From Eledone cirrhosa (taxonomy: Eukaryota), in contig OZ024742.1 of assembly GCA_964016885.1 (NCBI GenBank), positions 165,292,001 through 165,356,000 of the forward strand: DNA of 64,000 nucleotides, read 5' to 3'. The position numbers were made by a program, and so were the translations under genes. Shown one piece after another: positions 24,201 through 38,100 of the stretch. The first letter of the stretch is position 1; every line of letters starts with the position of its first letter. The notes under the pieces were generated by a model. The model ran no database searches, was not told the origin of the DNA, and was given only the letters and a program-made list of their open reading frames with translations.

Positions 24201-27200
24201 TCTCCCCCTGATTTTTTTTTACAAATTATCTCCCCCTGATTTTTTTTTACGAAGTATCTCCCCCTGATTTTTTTTTACAAATTATCTCCGCCTGATTTTT
24301 TTTTAAAAATTATCTCCCCTTGAACGGCTGGAAATTATCTCCCCTTGGACGGCTGGAAATTATCTCCCCTTGGACGGCTAGAAATTACCTCTCCTTGGAC
24401 GGCTGAAAATTATCTCCCATTGGACGGCTGCAAATTATCTCCCCTTGATTTTTTAACAAATTATCTCCCCCTGATTTTTTTTTACAAATTATCTCCCCCT
24501 GATTTTTTTTTACAAATTATCTACGCCTAATTTTTTTTACAAATTATCTCCCCCTGATTTTTTTTACAAATTATCTCCCCCTGATTTTTTTTACAAATTA
24601 TCTCCCCCTGATTTTTTTTTACAAATTATTTCCCCCTGATTTTTTTACAAATTATCTCCCCCCTGATTTTTTTTACAATCTCCGCCTGATTTTTTTAAAA
24701 ATTATCTTCCCTTGGCTGGCGGGAAATTATCTCCCCTTGGACGGCTGGAAATTATATCCCCTTGGAAGGATGGAAATTATCTCCCCTTGGACGGCTGGAA
24801 ATTATCTCCCCTTGGACGGCTGGAAATTATCTCCCCTTGGACAGCTGGAAATTATCTGTCCTTGATTTTGTTTTTACAAATTATCTCCCCCTGATTTTTT
24901 TTACAAATTATCTCCACCTGATTTTTTAAAAAATTATCTCCCCTTGGACGGCTGGAAATTATCTCCCCTTGATTTTTTTTACAAATTATCTCCCCCTGAT
25001 TTTTTTTTACAAATTATCTCCCCCTGATTTTTTTTTACAAATTATCTCCCCCTGATTTTTTTTTACAAATTATCTCACCCTGATTTTTTTTACAAATTAT
25101 CTCTCCCTGATTTTTTTACAAATTATCTCCCCTTGGCTGGCTGGAAATTATCTCCCCTTGGAGGCTGGAATTTATCTCCCCTTGGACGGCTAGAAATTAC
25201 CTCTCCTTGGACGGCTGGAAAATATGTCTCCTTGGACGGCTGGATATTATCTACCCGTGGACGGCTGGAAATTATCTCCCCTTGGACGGCTGGAAATTAT
25301 CTCCTCTTGGACGGCTAGATATTACCTCCCCTTGGACGGCTGGAAATTATCTCCCCTTGATTTTTTTACAAATTATCTCCCCCTGATTTTTTTACAAATT
25401 ATCTCCCCCTGATTTTTTTTACAAATTATCTCCGCCTAATTTTTTTAAATATTATCTTCCCTTGGCTGGCGGGAAATTATCTCCCCTTGGAGGCTGGAAT
25501 TTATCTCCCCTTGGACGGCTAGAAATTACCTCTCCTTGGAAGGCTGGAAAATATGTCCTTGGACGGCTGGAAATTATCTCCCCTTGGACGGCTGAAAATT
25601 ATCTCCCCTTGGACGGCTGGAAATTATCTCCCCCTGATTTTTTTTTACAAATTATCTCCCCCTGATTTTTTTTACAAATTATCTCCCCCTGATTTTTTTA
25701 CAAATTATCTCCCCTTGGCTGGCTGGAAATTATCTCCCCTTGGAGGCTGGAATTTATCTCCCCTTGGACGGCTAGAAATTACCTCTCCTTGGAAGGCTGG
25801 AAAATATGTCCTTGGACGGCTGGATATTATCTACCCTTGGACGGCTGGAAATTATCTCCCCTTGGACGGCTGGAAATTATCTCCCCTTGGACGGCTAGAT
25901 ATTACCTCCCCTTGGACGGCTGAAAATTATCTCCCCTTGGACGGCTGGAAATTATCTCCCCTTGATTTTTTTTACAAATTATCTCCCCCTGATTATTTTT
26001 TACAAATTATCCCCTGATTTTTTTTTTACAAATTATCTCCCCCTGATTTTTTTTACAAATTATCTCCCCCTGATTTTTTTACAAATTATCTCCCCTTGGC
26101 TGGCTGGAAATTATCTCCCATTGGAGGCTGGAATTTATCTCCCCTTGGACGGTTAGAAATTACCTCCCCTTGGACGGCTGGAAAATATGTCTCCTTGGAC
26201 GGCTGGAAATTATCGCCCCTTGGATGGCTGGAAATTATCTCCCCTTGGACGGCTGGAAATTATCTCTCATCGGACGGCTAGAAATTACCTCTCCTTGGAC
26301 AGCTGAAAATTATCTCCCCTTGGACGGCTGGAAATTATCTCCCCTTGATTTTTTTTACAAATTATCTCCCCCTGATTTTTTTTTACAAATTATCTCCCCC
26401 TGATTTTTTTTTTACAAATTATCTCCCCCTGATTTTTTTTTACAAATTATCTCCCCCTGATATTTTTTACAAATTATCTCCCCCTGATTTTTTTACAAAT
26501 TATCTCCCCTTGGCTGGCTGGAAATTATCTCCCCTTGGAGGCTTGAATTTATCTCCCCTTGGACGGCTAGAAATTACCTCGCCTTGGACGGCTGGAAAAT
26601 ATGTCTCCTTGGACGGCTGGAAATTATCTCCCCTTGGACGGCTGGAAATTATCTCCCCTTGGACAGCTGGAAATTATCTCCCCTTGGACGGCTAGATATT
26701 ACCTCCCCTTGGACGGCTGGAAATTATCTCCCCTTGATTTTTTTTACAAATTATCTCCCCCTGATTTTTTTTTACAAATTATCTCCCCCTGATTTTTTTT
26801 TACGAATTATCTCCCCCCGATTTTTTTTTACAAATTATCTCCGCCTGATTTTTTTTTAAAAATTATCTCCCCTTGAACGGCTGGAAATTATCTCCCCTTG
26901 GACGGCTGGAAATTATCTCCCCTTGGACGGCTAGAAATTACCTCTCCTTGGACGGCTGAAAATTATCTCCCCTTGGACGGCTGCAAATTATCTCCCCTTG
27001 ATTTTTTAACAAATTATCTCCCCCTGATTTTTTTTTACAAATTATCTCCCCCTGATTTTTTTTTACAAATTATCTCCCCCTGATTTTTTTTTACAAATTA
27101 TCTCCCCCTGATTTTTTTTACAAATTATCTCCCCCTGATTTTTTTTACAATCTCCGCCTGATTTTTTAAAAAATTATCTTCCCTTGGCTGGCGGGAAATT

Positions 27201-27524
27201 ATCTCCCCTTGGACGGCTGGAAATTATCTCCCCTTGGACGGCTGGAAATTATCTCCCCTTGGACGGCTAGAAATTACCTCTCCTTGGACGGCTGGAAAAT
27301 ATGTCCTTGGACGGCTGGATATTATCTACCCTTGGACGGCTGGAAATTATCTCCCCTTGGACGGCTGGAAATTATCTCCCCTTGGAGGCTGGAATTTATC
27401 TCCCCTTGGACGGCTAGAAATTACCTCTCCTTGGACGGCTGGAAAATATGTCCTTGGACGGCTGGATATTACCTCCCCTTGGACGGCTGGAAATTATCTC
27501 CCCTTGATTTTTTTTACAAATTAT

Positions 27525-28515
27525 CTCCCCCTGATTTTTTTTACAAATCTAATGATTTTTTAAAAAAAATTATCTCCCCTTCGCTGGCTGGAAATTATCT
27601 CCCCTTCGCTGGCTGGAAATTATCTCCCCTTGGACGCTGGAAATTATAGCCCCTTGGAGGGCTGGAAATTATCTTCCCTTGGACGGCTGGAAATTATCTC
27701 CCCTTGGCTCGAAATTATCTCCCCTTGGACGGCTAGAAATTATCTCTCTTTGGACGGCTGGAAATTATCTCCCTTTGATTTTTTTTACAAATTATCTCCC
27801 CCTGATTTTTTTTACAAATCTCCCCCTGATTTTTTAAAAAAATTATCTCCCCTTCGCTGGCTGGAAATTATCTCCCCTTGGACACTGGAAATTATAGCCC
27901 CTTGGAGGGCTGGAAATTATCTTCCCTTGGACGGCTGGAAATTATCTCTGCTTGATTTTTTTTACAAATTATCTCCCCCTGATTTTTTTTTACAAATTAT
28001 CCCCCCCGATTTTTTTTACAAATTATCTCCCCCTGATTTTTTTTACAAATTATCTCCCCTTGGACGGCTGGAAATTATCTCCCCTTGGACGGCTGGAAAT
28101 TATCTCCCCTTGGACGGCTAGAAATTACCTCTCCTTGGACGACTGAAAATTATCTCCCCTTGGACGGCTGCAAATTATCTCCCCTTGATTTTTTTTACAA
28201 ATTATCTCCGCCTGATTTTTTTTTTAAAATTATCTCCCCTTGGACGGCTGGAAATTACCTCCCCTTGGACGGCTGGAAATTATCTCCCCTTGGACGGCTA
28301 GAAATTACCTCTCATTGGACGGCTGAAAATTATCTCCCCTTGGACGGCTGGAAATTATCTCCCCTTGATTTTTTTTTACAAATTATCTCCCCCTGATTTT
28401 TTTTTACAAATTAACTCCCCCTGATTTTTTTTTTACAAATTATCTCCGCCTGATTTTTTTTTAAAATTATCTCTCCTTGGACGGCTGGATATTATCTCCC
28501 CTTTCATTTTTTTTA
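27525..28515 (+). repeat. Diverged satellite sub-block (copy 2)
   Basis: Same private variants as 19480-20470 at offset 8045 (ORFs 19585/27630, 20040/28085). Confidence 0.9.
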
Positions 28516-29126
28516 CAAATTATCTCCCCCTGATTTTTTTTTACAAATTATCTCCCCCTGATTTTTTTTTACAAATTATCTACCCCTAATTTTTTTTTAC
28601 AAATTATCTCCCCCTGATTTTTTTACAAATTATCTCCCCCTGATTTTTTTTACAAATTATCTCCGCCTGATTTTTTTAAATATTATCTTCTCTTGGCTGG
28701 CGGGAAATTATCTCCCCTTGGACGGCTGAAAATTATCTCCCCTTGGACGGCTGGAAATTATCTCCCCTTGGAGGCTGGAATTTATCTCCCCTTGGACGGC
28801 TAGAAATTACCTCTCCTTGGACGGCTGGAAAATATGTCCTTGGACGGCTGGATATTATCTACCCTTGGACGGCTGGAAATTATCTCCCCTTGGACGGCTG
28901 GAAATTATCTCCCCTTGGACGGCTAGATATTACCTCCCCTTGGACGGCTGGAAATTATCTCCCCTTGATTTTTTTTACAAATTATCCCCCCCTGATTTTT
29001 TTTTACAAATTATCTCCCCCTGATTTTTTTTTACAAATTATCTACCCCTGATTTTTTTTTACAAATTATCTCCCCCTGATTTTTTTTACAAATTATCTCT
29101 CCCTGATTTTTTTTTACAAATTATCT

Positions 29127-32100
29127 CCCCCTGATTTTTTTTTACAAATTATCTACCCCTGATTTTTTTTTACAAATTATCTCCCCCTGATTTTTTTTAC
29201 AAATTATCTCCCCCTGATTTTTTTTACAAATTATCTCCCCCTGATTTTTTTACAAATTATCTCCCCCCGATTTTTTTTACAAATTATCTCCGCCTAATTT
29301 TTTTAAATATTATCTTCCCTTGGCTGGCGGGAAATTATCTCCCCTTGGACGGCTGAAAATTATCTCCCCTTGGACGGCTGGAAATTATCTCCCCTTGATT
29401 TTTTTACAAATTATCTCCCCCTGATTTTTTTTTACAAATTATCTCCCTCTGATTTTTTTTACAAATTATCTCCCCTTGGCTGGCTGGAAATTATCTCCCC
29501 TTGGAGGCTGGAATTTATCTCCACTTGGACGGTTAGAAATTACCTCTCCTTGGACTGCTGGAAAATATGTCTCCTTGGACGGCTGGAAATTATCTCCCCT
29601 TGGACGGCTGGAAATTATCTCCCCTTGGACGGCTGGAAATTATCTCTCCTCGGACGACTAGAAATTACCTCTCCTTGGACAGCTGAAAATTATCTCCCCT
29701 TGGACGGCTGGAAATTATCTCCCCTTGATTTTTTTTACAAATTATCTCCCCGATTTTTTTTTACAAATTATCTCCCCCTGATTTTTTTTTACAAATTATC
29801 TCCCCCTGATTTTTTTTACAAATTATCTCCCCCTGATATTTTTTACAAATTATCTCCCCCTGATTTTTTAACAAATTATCTCCCCTTGGCTGGCTGGAAA
29901 TTATCTCCCCTTGGAGGCTGGAATTTATCTCCCCTTGGACGGCTAGAAATTACCTCGCCTTGGACGGCTGGAAAATATGTCTCCTTGGACGGCTGGAAAT
30001 TATCTCCCCTTGGACGGCTGGAAATTATCTCCCCTTGGACGGCTGGAAATTATCTCCCTTTGGACGGCTAGATATTACCTCCCCTTGGACGGCTGGAAAT
30101 TATCTCCCCTTGATTTTTTTTACAAATTATCTCCCCCTGATTTTTTTTTACAAATTATCTCCCCCTGATTTTTTTTTACGAATTATCTCCCCCTGATTTT
30201 TTTTTACAAATTATCTCCGCCTGATTTTTTTTTTAAAATTATCTCCCCTTGAACGGCTGGAAATTATCTCCCCTTGGACGGCTGGAAATTATCTCCCCTT
30301 GGACGGCTAGAAATTACCTCTCCTTGGACGGCTGAAAATTATCTCCCCTTGGACGGCTGCAAATTATCTCCCCTTGATTTTTTAACAAATTATCTCCCCC
30401 TGATTTTTTTTTACAAATTATCTTCCCCTGATTTTTTTTTACAAATTATCTACGCCTAATTTTTTTTACAAATTATCTCCCCCTGATTTTTTTTTACAAA
30501 TTATCTCCCCCTGATTTTTTTTACAAATTATCTCCCCCTGATTTTTTTTTACAAATTATTTCCCCCTGATTTTTTTACAAATTATCTCCCCCCTGATTTT
30601 TTTTACAATCTCCGCCTGATTTTTTTTAAAATTATCTTGCCTTGGCTGGCGGGAAATTATCTCCCCTTGGACGGCTGGAAATTATATCCCCTTGGACGGC
30701 TGGAAATTACCTCCCCTTGGACAGCTGGAAATTATCTGCCCTTGATTTTGTTTTTACAAATTATCTCCCCCTGATTTTTTTTACAAATTATCTCCACCTG
30801 ATTTTTTAAAAAATTATCTCCCCTTGGACGGCTGGAAATTATCTCCCCTTGATTTTTTTTACAAATTATCTCCCCCTGATTTTTTTTTACAAATTATCTC
30901 CCCCTGATTTTTTTTTACAAATTATCTCCCACTGATTTTTTTTTACAAATTATCTGCCCCTGATTTTTTTTACAAATTATCTCCCCCTGATTTTTTTACA
31001 AATTATCTCCCCTTGGCTGGCTGGAAATTATCTCCCCTTGGAGGCTGGAATTTATCTCCCCTTGGACGGCTAGAAATTACCTCTCCTTGGACGGCTGGAA
31101 AATATTTCTCCTTGGACGGCTGGATATTATCTACCCTTGGACGGGTGGAAATTATCTCCCCTTGGACGGCTGGAAATTATCTCCCCTTGGACGGCTAGAT
31201 ATTACCTCCCCTTGGACGACTGGAAATTATCTCCCCTTGATTTTTTTTACAAATTATCTCCCCCTGATTTTTTTTTTACAAATTATCTCCCCCTGATTTT
31301 TTTTACAAATTATCTCCGCCTGATTTTTTTAAATATTATCTTCTCTTGGCTGGCGGGAAATTATCTCCCCTTGGACGGCTGAAAATTATCTCCCCTTGGA
31401 CGGCTGGAAATTATCTCCCCTTGATTTTTTTTACAAATTATCTCCCCCTAATTTTTTTTTACAAATTATCTCCCCCTGATTTTTTTTTACAAATTATCTC
31501 CCCCTGATTTTTTTTTTACAAATTATCTCCCCCTGATTTATTTACAAATTATCTCCCCCTGATTTTTTTTACAAATTATCTCCGACTGATTTTTTTAAAT
31601 ATTATCTTCTCTTGGCTGGCGGGAAATTATCTCCCCTTGGACGGCTGAAAATTATCTCCCCTTGGACGGCTGGAAATTATCTCCCCTTGATTTTTTTTAC
31701 AAATTATCTCCCCCTGATTTTTTTTTACAAATTATCTCCCCCTGATTTTTTTTTACAAATTATCTCCCCCTGATTTTTTTTTACAAATTATCTCCCCCTG
31801 ATTTTTTTTACAAATTATCTCCCCCTGATTTTTTTACAAATTATCTCCCCTTGGCTGGCTGGAAATTATCTCCCCTTGGAGGCTGGAATTTATCTCCCCT
31901 TGGACGGCTAGAAATTACCTCTCCTTGGACGGCTGGAAAATATGTCCTTGGACGGCTGGATATTATCTACCCTTGGACGGCTGGAAATTATCTCTCCTCG
32001 GACGACTAGAAATTACCTCTCCTTGGACAGCTGAAAATTATCTCCCCTTGGACGGCTGGAAATTATCTCCCCTTGATTTTTTTTACAAATTATCTCCCCC

Positions 32101-35100
32101 TGATTTATTTTACAAATTATCTCCCCCTGATTTTTTTTTACAAATTATCTCCCCCTGATTTTTTTTACAAATTATCTCCCCCTGATATTTTTTACAAATT
32201 ATCTCCCCCTGATTTTTTTACAAATTATCTCCCCTTGGCTGGCTGGAAATTATCTACCCTTGGAGGCTGGAATTTATCTCCCCTTGGACGGCTAGAAATT
32301 ACCTCGCCTTGGACGGCTGGAAAATATGTCTCCTTGGACGGCTGGAAATTATCTCCCCTTGGACGGCTGGAAATTATCTCCCCTTGGACGGCTGGAAATT
32401 ATCTCCCCTTGGACGGCTAGATATTACCTCCCCTTGGACGGCTGGAAATTATCTCCCCTTGATTTTTTTTACAAATTATCTCCCCCTGATTTTTTTTTAC
32501 AAATTATCTCCCCCTGATTTTTTTTTACGAAGTATCTCCCCCTGATTTTTTTTTACAAATTATCTCCGCCTGATTTTTTTTAAAAAATTATCTCCCCTTG
32601 AACGGCTGGAAATTATCTCCCCTTGGACGGCTGGAAATTATCTCCCCTTGGACGGCTAGAAATTACCTCTCCTTGGACGGCTGAAAATTATCTCCCATTG
32701 GACGGCTGCAAATTATCTCCCCTTGATTTTTTAACAAATTATCTCCCCCTGATTTTTTTTTACAAATTATCTCCCCCTGATTTTTTTTTACAAATTACCT
32801 ACGCCTAATTTTTTTTACAAATTATCTCCCCCTGATTTTTTTTACAAATTATCTCCCCCTGATTTTTTTTACAAATTATCTCCCCCTGATTTTTTTTTAC
32901 AAATTATTTCCCCCTGATTTTTTTACAAATTATCTCCCCCCTGATTTTTTTTACAATCTCCGCCTGATTTTTTTAAAAATTATCTTCCCTTGGCTGGCGG
33001 GAAATTATCTCCCCTTGGACGGCTGGAAATTATATCCCCTTGGAAGGATGGAAATTATCTCCCCTTGGACGGCTGGAAATTATCTCCCCTTGGACGGCTG
33101 GAAATTATCTCCCCTTGGACAGCTGGAAATTATCTGTCCTTGATTTTGTTTTTACAAATTATCTCCCCCTGATTTTTTTTACAAATTATCTCCACCTGAT
33201 TTTTTAAAAAATTATCTCCCCTTGGACGGCTGGAAATTATCTCCCCTTGATTTTTTTTACAAATTATCTCCCCCTGATTTTTTTTTACAAATTATCTCCC
33301 CCTGATTTTTTTTTACAAATTATCTCCCCCTGATTTTTTTTTACAAATTATCTCACCCTGATTTTTTTTACAAATTATCTCTCCCTGATTTTTTTACAAA
33401 TTATCTCCCCTTGGCTGGCTGGAAATTATCTCCCCTTGGAGGCTGGAATTTATCTCCCCTTGGACGGCTAGAAATTACCTCTCCTTGGACGGCTGGAAAA
33501 TATGTCTCCTTGGACGGCTGGATATTATCTACCCTTGGACGGCTGGAAATTATCTCCCCTTGGACGGCTGGAAATTATCTCCTCTTGGACGGCTAGATAT
33601 TACCTCCCCTTGGACGGCTGGAAATTATCTCCCCTTGATTTTTTTACAAATTATCTCCCCCTGATTTTTTTACAAATTATCTCCCCCTGATTTTTTTTAC
33701 AAATTATCTCCGCCTAATTTTTTTAAATATTATCTTCCCTTGGCTGGCGGGAAATTATCTCCCCTTGGACGGCTGAAAATTATCTCCTCTTGGACGGCTG
33801 GAAATTATCTCCCCTTGATTTTTTTTACAAATTATCTCCCCCTGATTTTTTTTTACAAATTATCTCCCCCTGATTTTTTTTACAAATTATCTCCCCCTGA
33901 TTTTTTTACAAATTATCTCCCCTTGGCTGGCTGGAAATTATCTCCCCTTGGAGGCTGGAATTTATCTCCCCTTGGACGGCTAGAAATTACCTCTCCTTGG
34001 AAGGCTGGAAAATATGTCCTTGGACGGCTGGATATTATCTACCCTTGGACGGCTGGAAATTATCTCCCCTTGGACGGCTGGAAATTATCTCCCCTTGGAC
34101 GGCTAGATATTACCTCCCCTTGGACGGCTGAAAATTATCTCCCCTTGGACGGCTGGAAATTATCTCCCCTTGATTTTTTTTTACAAATTATCTCCCCCTG
34201 ATTATTTTTTACAAATTATCCCCTGATTTTTTTTTTACAAATTATCTCCCCCTGATTTTTTTACAAATTATCTCCCCTTGGCTGGCTGGAAATTATCTCC
34301 CATTGGAGGCTGGAATTTATCTCCCCTTGGACGGTTAGAAATTACCTCCCCTTGGACGGCTGGAAAATATGTCTCCTTGGACGGCTGGAAATTATCGCGC
34401 CTTGGACGGCTGGAAATTATCTCCCCTTGGACGGCTGGAAATTATCTCTCATCGGACGGCTAGAAATTACCTCTCCTTGGACAGCTGAAAATTATCTCCC
34501 CTTGGACGGCTGGAAATTATCTCCCCTTGATTTTTTTTACAAATTATCTCCCCCTGATTTTTTTTTACAAATTATCTCCCCCTGATTTTTTTTTACAAAT
34601 TATCTCCCCCTGATTTTTTTTTACAAATTATCTCCCCCTGATATTTTTTACAAATTATCTCCCCCTGATTTTTTTACAAATTATCTCCCCTTGGCTGGCT
34701 GGAAATTATCTCCCCTTGGAGGCTGGAATTTATCTCCCCTTGGACGGCTAGAAATTACCTCGCCTTGGACGGCTGGAAAATATGTCTCCTTCGACGGCTG
34801 GAAATTATCTCCCCTTGGACGGCTGGAAATTATCTCCCCTTGGACAGCTGGAAATTATCTCCCCTTGGACGGCTAGATATTACCTCCCCTTGGACGGCTG
34901 GAAATTATCTCCCCTTGATTTTTTTTACAAATTATCTCCCCCTGATTTTTTTTACAAATTATCTCCCCCTGATTTTTTTTTACAAATTATCTCCCCCTGA
35001 TTTTTTTTTTACAAATTATCTCCCCCTGATTTATTTACAAATTATCTCCCCCTGATTTTTTTTACAAATTATCTCCGACTGATTTTTTTAAATATTATCT

Positions 35101-38100
35101 TCTCTTGGCTGGCGGGAAATTATCTCCCCTTGGAGGGCTGAAAATTATCTCCCCTTGGACGGCTGGAAATTATCTCCCCTTGATTTTTTTTACAAATTAT
35201 CTCCCCCTGATTTTTTTTTACAAATTATCTCCCCCTGATTTTTTTTTACAAATTATCTCCCCCTGATTTTTTTTTACAAATTATCTCCCCCTGATTTTTT
35301 TTACAAATTATCTCCCCCTGATTTTTTTACAAATTATCTCCCCTTGGCTGGCTGGAAATTATCTCCCCTTGGAGGCTGGAATTTATCTCCCCTTGGACGG
35401 CTAGAAATTACCTCTCCTTGGACGGCTGGAAAATATGTCCTTGGACGGCTGGATATTATCTACCCTTGGACGGCTGGAAATTATCTCTCCTCGGACGACT
35501 AGAAATTACCTCTCCTTGGACAGCTGAAAATTATCTCCCCTTGGACGGCTGGAAATTATCTCCCCTTGATTTTTTTTACAAATTATCTCCCCCTGATTTA
35601 TTTTACAAATTATCTCCCCCTGATTTTTTTTTACAAATTATCTCCCCCTGATTTTTTTTACAAATTATCTCCCCCTGATATTTTTTACAAATTATCTCCC
35701 CCTGATTTTTTTACAAATTATCTCCCCTTGGCTGGCTGGAAATTATCTACCCTTGGAGGCTGGAATTTATCTCCCCTTGGACGGCTAGAAATTACCTCGC
35801 CTTGGACGGCTGGAAAATATGTCTCCTTGGACGGCTGGAAATTATCTCCCCTTGGACGGCTGGAAATTATCTCCCCTTGGACGGCTGGAAATTATCTCCC
35901 CTTGGACGGCTAGATATTACCTCCCCTTGGACGGCTGGAAATTATCTCCCCTTGATTTTTTTTACAAATTATCTCCCCCTGATTTTTTTTTACAAATTAT
36001 CTCCCCCTGATTTTTTTTTACGAAGTATCTCCCCCTGATTTTTTTTTACAAATTATCTCCGCCTGATTTTTTTTAAAAAATTATCTCCCCTTGAACGGCT
36101 GGAAATTATCTCCCCTTGGACGGCTGGAAATTATCTCCCCTTGGACGGCTAGAAATTACCTCTCCTTGGACGGCTGAAAATTATCTCCCATTGGACGGCT
36201 GCAAATTATCTCCCCTTGATTTTTTAACAAATTATCTCCCCCTGATTTTTTTTTACAAATTATCTCCCCCTGATTTTTTTTTACAAATTATCTACGCCTA
36301 ATTTTTTTTACAAATTATCTCCCCCTGATTTTTTTTTACAAATTATCTCCCCCTGATTTTTTTTACAAATTATCTCCCCCTGATTTTTTTTTACAAATTA
36401 TTTCCCCCTGATTTTTTTACAAATTATCTCCCCCCTGATTTTTTTTACAATCTCCGCCTGATTTTTTTAAAAATTATCTTCCCTTGGCTGGCGGGAAATT
36501 ATCTCCCCTTGGACGGCTGGAAATTATATCCCCTTGGAAGGATGGAAATTATCTCCCCTTGGACGGCTGGAAATTATCTCCCCTTGGACGGCTGGAAATT
36601 ATCTCCCCTTGGACAGCTGGAAATTATCTGTCCTTGATTTTGTTTTTACAAATTATCTCCCCCTGATTTTTTTTACAAATTATCTCCACCTGATTTTTTA
36701 AAAAATTATCTCCCCTTGGACGGCTGGAAATTATCTCCCCTTGATTTTTTTTACAAATTATCTCCCCCTGATTTTTTTTTACAAATTATCTCCCCCTGAT
36801 TTTTTTTTACAAATTATCTCCCCCTGATTTTTTTTTACAAATTATCTCACCCTGATTTTTTTTACAAATTATCTCTCCCTGATTTTTTTACAAATTATCT
36901 CCCCTTGGCTGGCTGGAAATTATCTCCCCTTGGAGGCTGGAATTTATCTCCCCTTGGACGGCTAGAAATTACCTCTCCTTGGACGGCTGGAAAATATGTC
37001 TCCTTGGACGGCTGGATATTATCTACCCTTGGACGGCTGGAAATTATCTCCCCTTGGACGGCTGGAAATTATCTCCTCTTGGACGGCTAGATATTACCTC
37101 CCCTTGGACGGCTGGAAATTATCTCCCCTTGATTTTTTTACAAATTATCTCCCCCTGATTTTTTTACAAATTATCTCCCCCTGATTTTTTTTACAAATTA
37201 TCTCCGCCTAATTTTTTTAAATATTATCTTCCCTTGGCTGGCGGGAAATTATCTCCCCTTGGACGGCTGAAAATTATCTCCCCTTGGACGGCTGGAAATT
37301 ATCTCCCCTTGATTTTTTTTACAAATTATCTCCCCCTGATTTTTTTTTACAAATTATCTCCCCCTGATTTTTTTTACAAATTATCTCCCCCTGATTTTTT
37401 TACAAATTATCTCCCCTTGGCTGGCTGGAAATTATCTCCCCTTGGAGGCTGGAATTTATCTCCCCTTGGACGGCTAGAAATTACCTCTCCTTGGAAGGCT
37501 GGAAAATATGTCCTTGGACGGCTGGATATTATCTACCCTTGGACGGCTGGAAATTATCTCCCCTTGGACGGCTGGAAATTATCTCCCCTTGGACGGCTAG
37601 ATATTACCTCCCCTTGGACGGCTGAAAATTATCTCCCCTTGGACGGCTGGAAATTATCTCCCCTTGATTTTTTTTTACAAATTATCTCCCCCTGATTATT
37701 TTTTACAAATTATCCCCTGATTTTTTTTTTACAAATTATCTCCCCCTGATTTTTTTACAAATTATCTCCCCTTGGCTGGCTGGAAATTATCTCCCATTGG
37801 AGGCTGGAATTTATCTCCCCTTGGACGGTTAGAAATTACCTCCCCTTGGACGGCTGGAAAATATGTCTCCTTGGACGGCTGGAAATTATCGCGCCTTGGA
37901 CGGCTGGAAATTATCTCCCCTTGGACGGCTGGAAATTATCTCTCATCGGACGGCTAGAAATTACCTCTCCTTGGACAGCTGAAAATTATCTCCCCTTGGA
38001 CGGCTGGAAATTATCTCCCCTTGATTTTTTTTACAAATTATCTCCCCCTGATTTTTTTTTACAAATTATCTCCCCCTGATTTTTTTTTACAAATTATCTC

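Larger units (their letters stand above)
13364..29461 (+). repeat. Tandem higher-order duplication, period 8045 bp (13364-21408 and 21409-29453)
   Basis: Constant ORF offset of 8045 for all ORFs from 13625/21670 to 20772/28817, with identical translations, including the rare-variant block. Confidence 0.96.
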
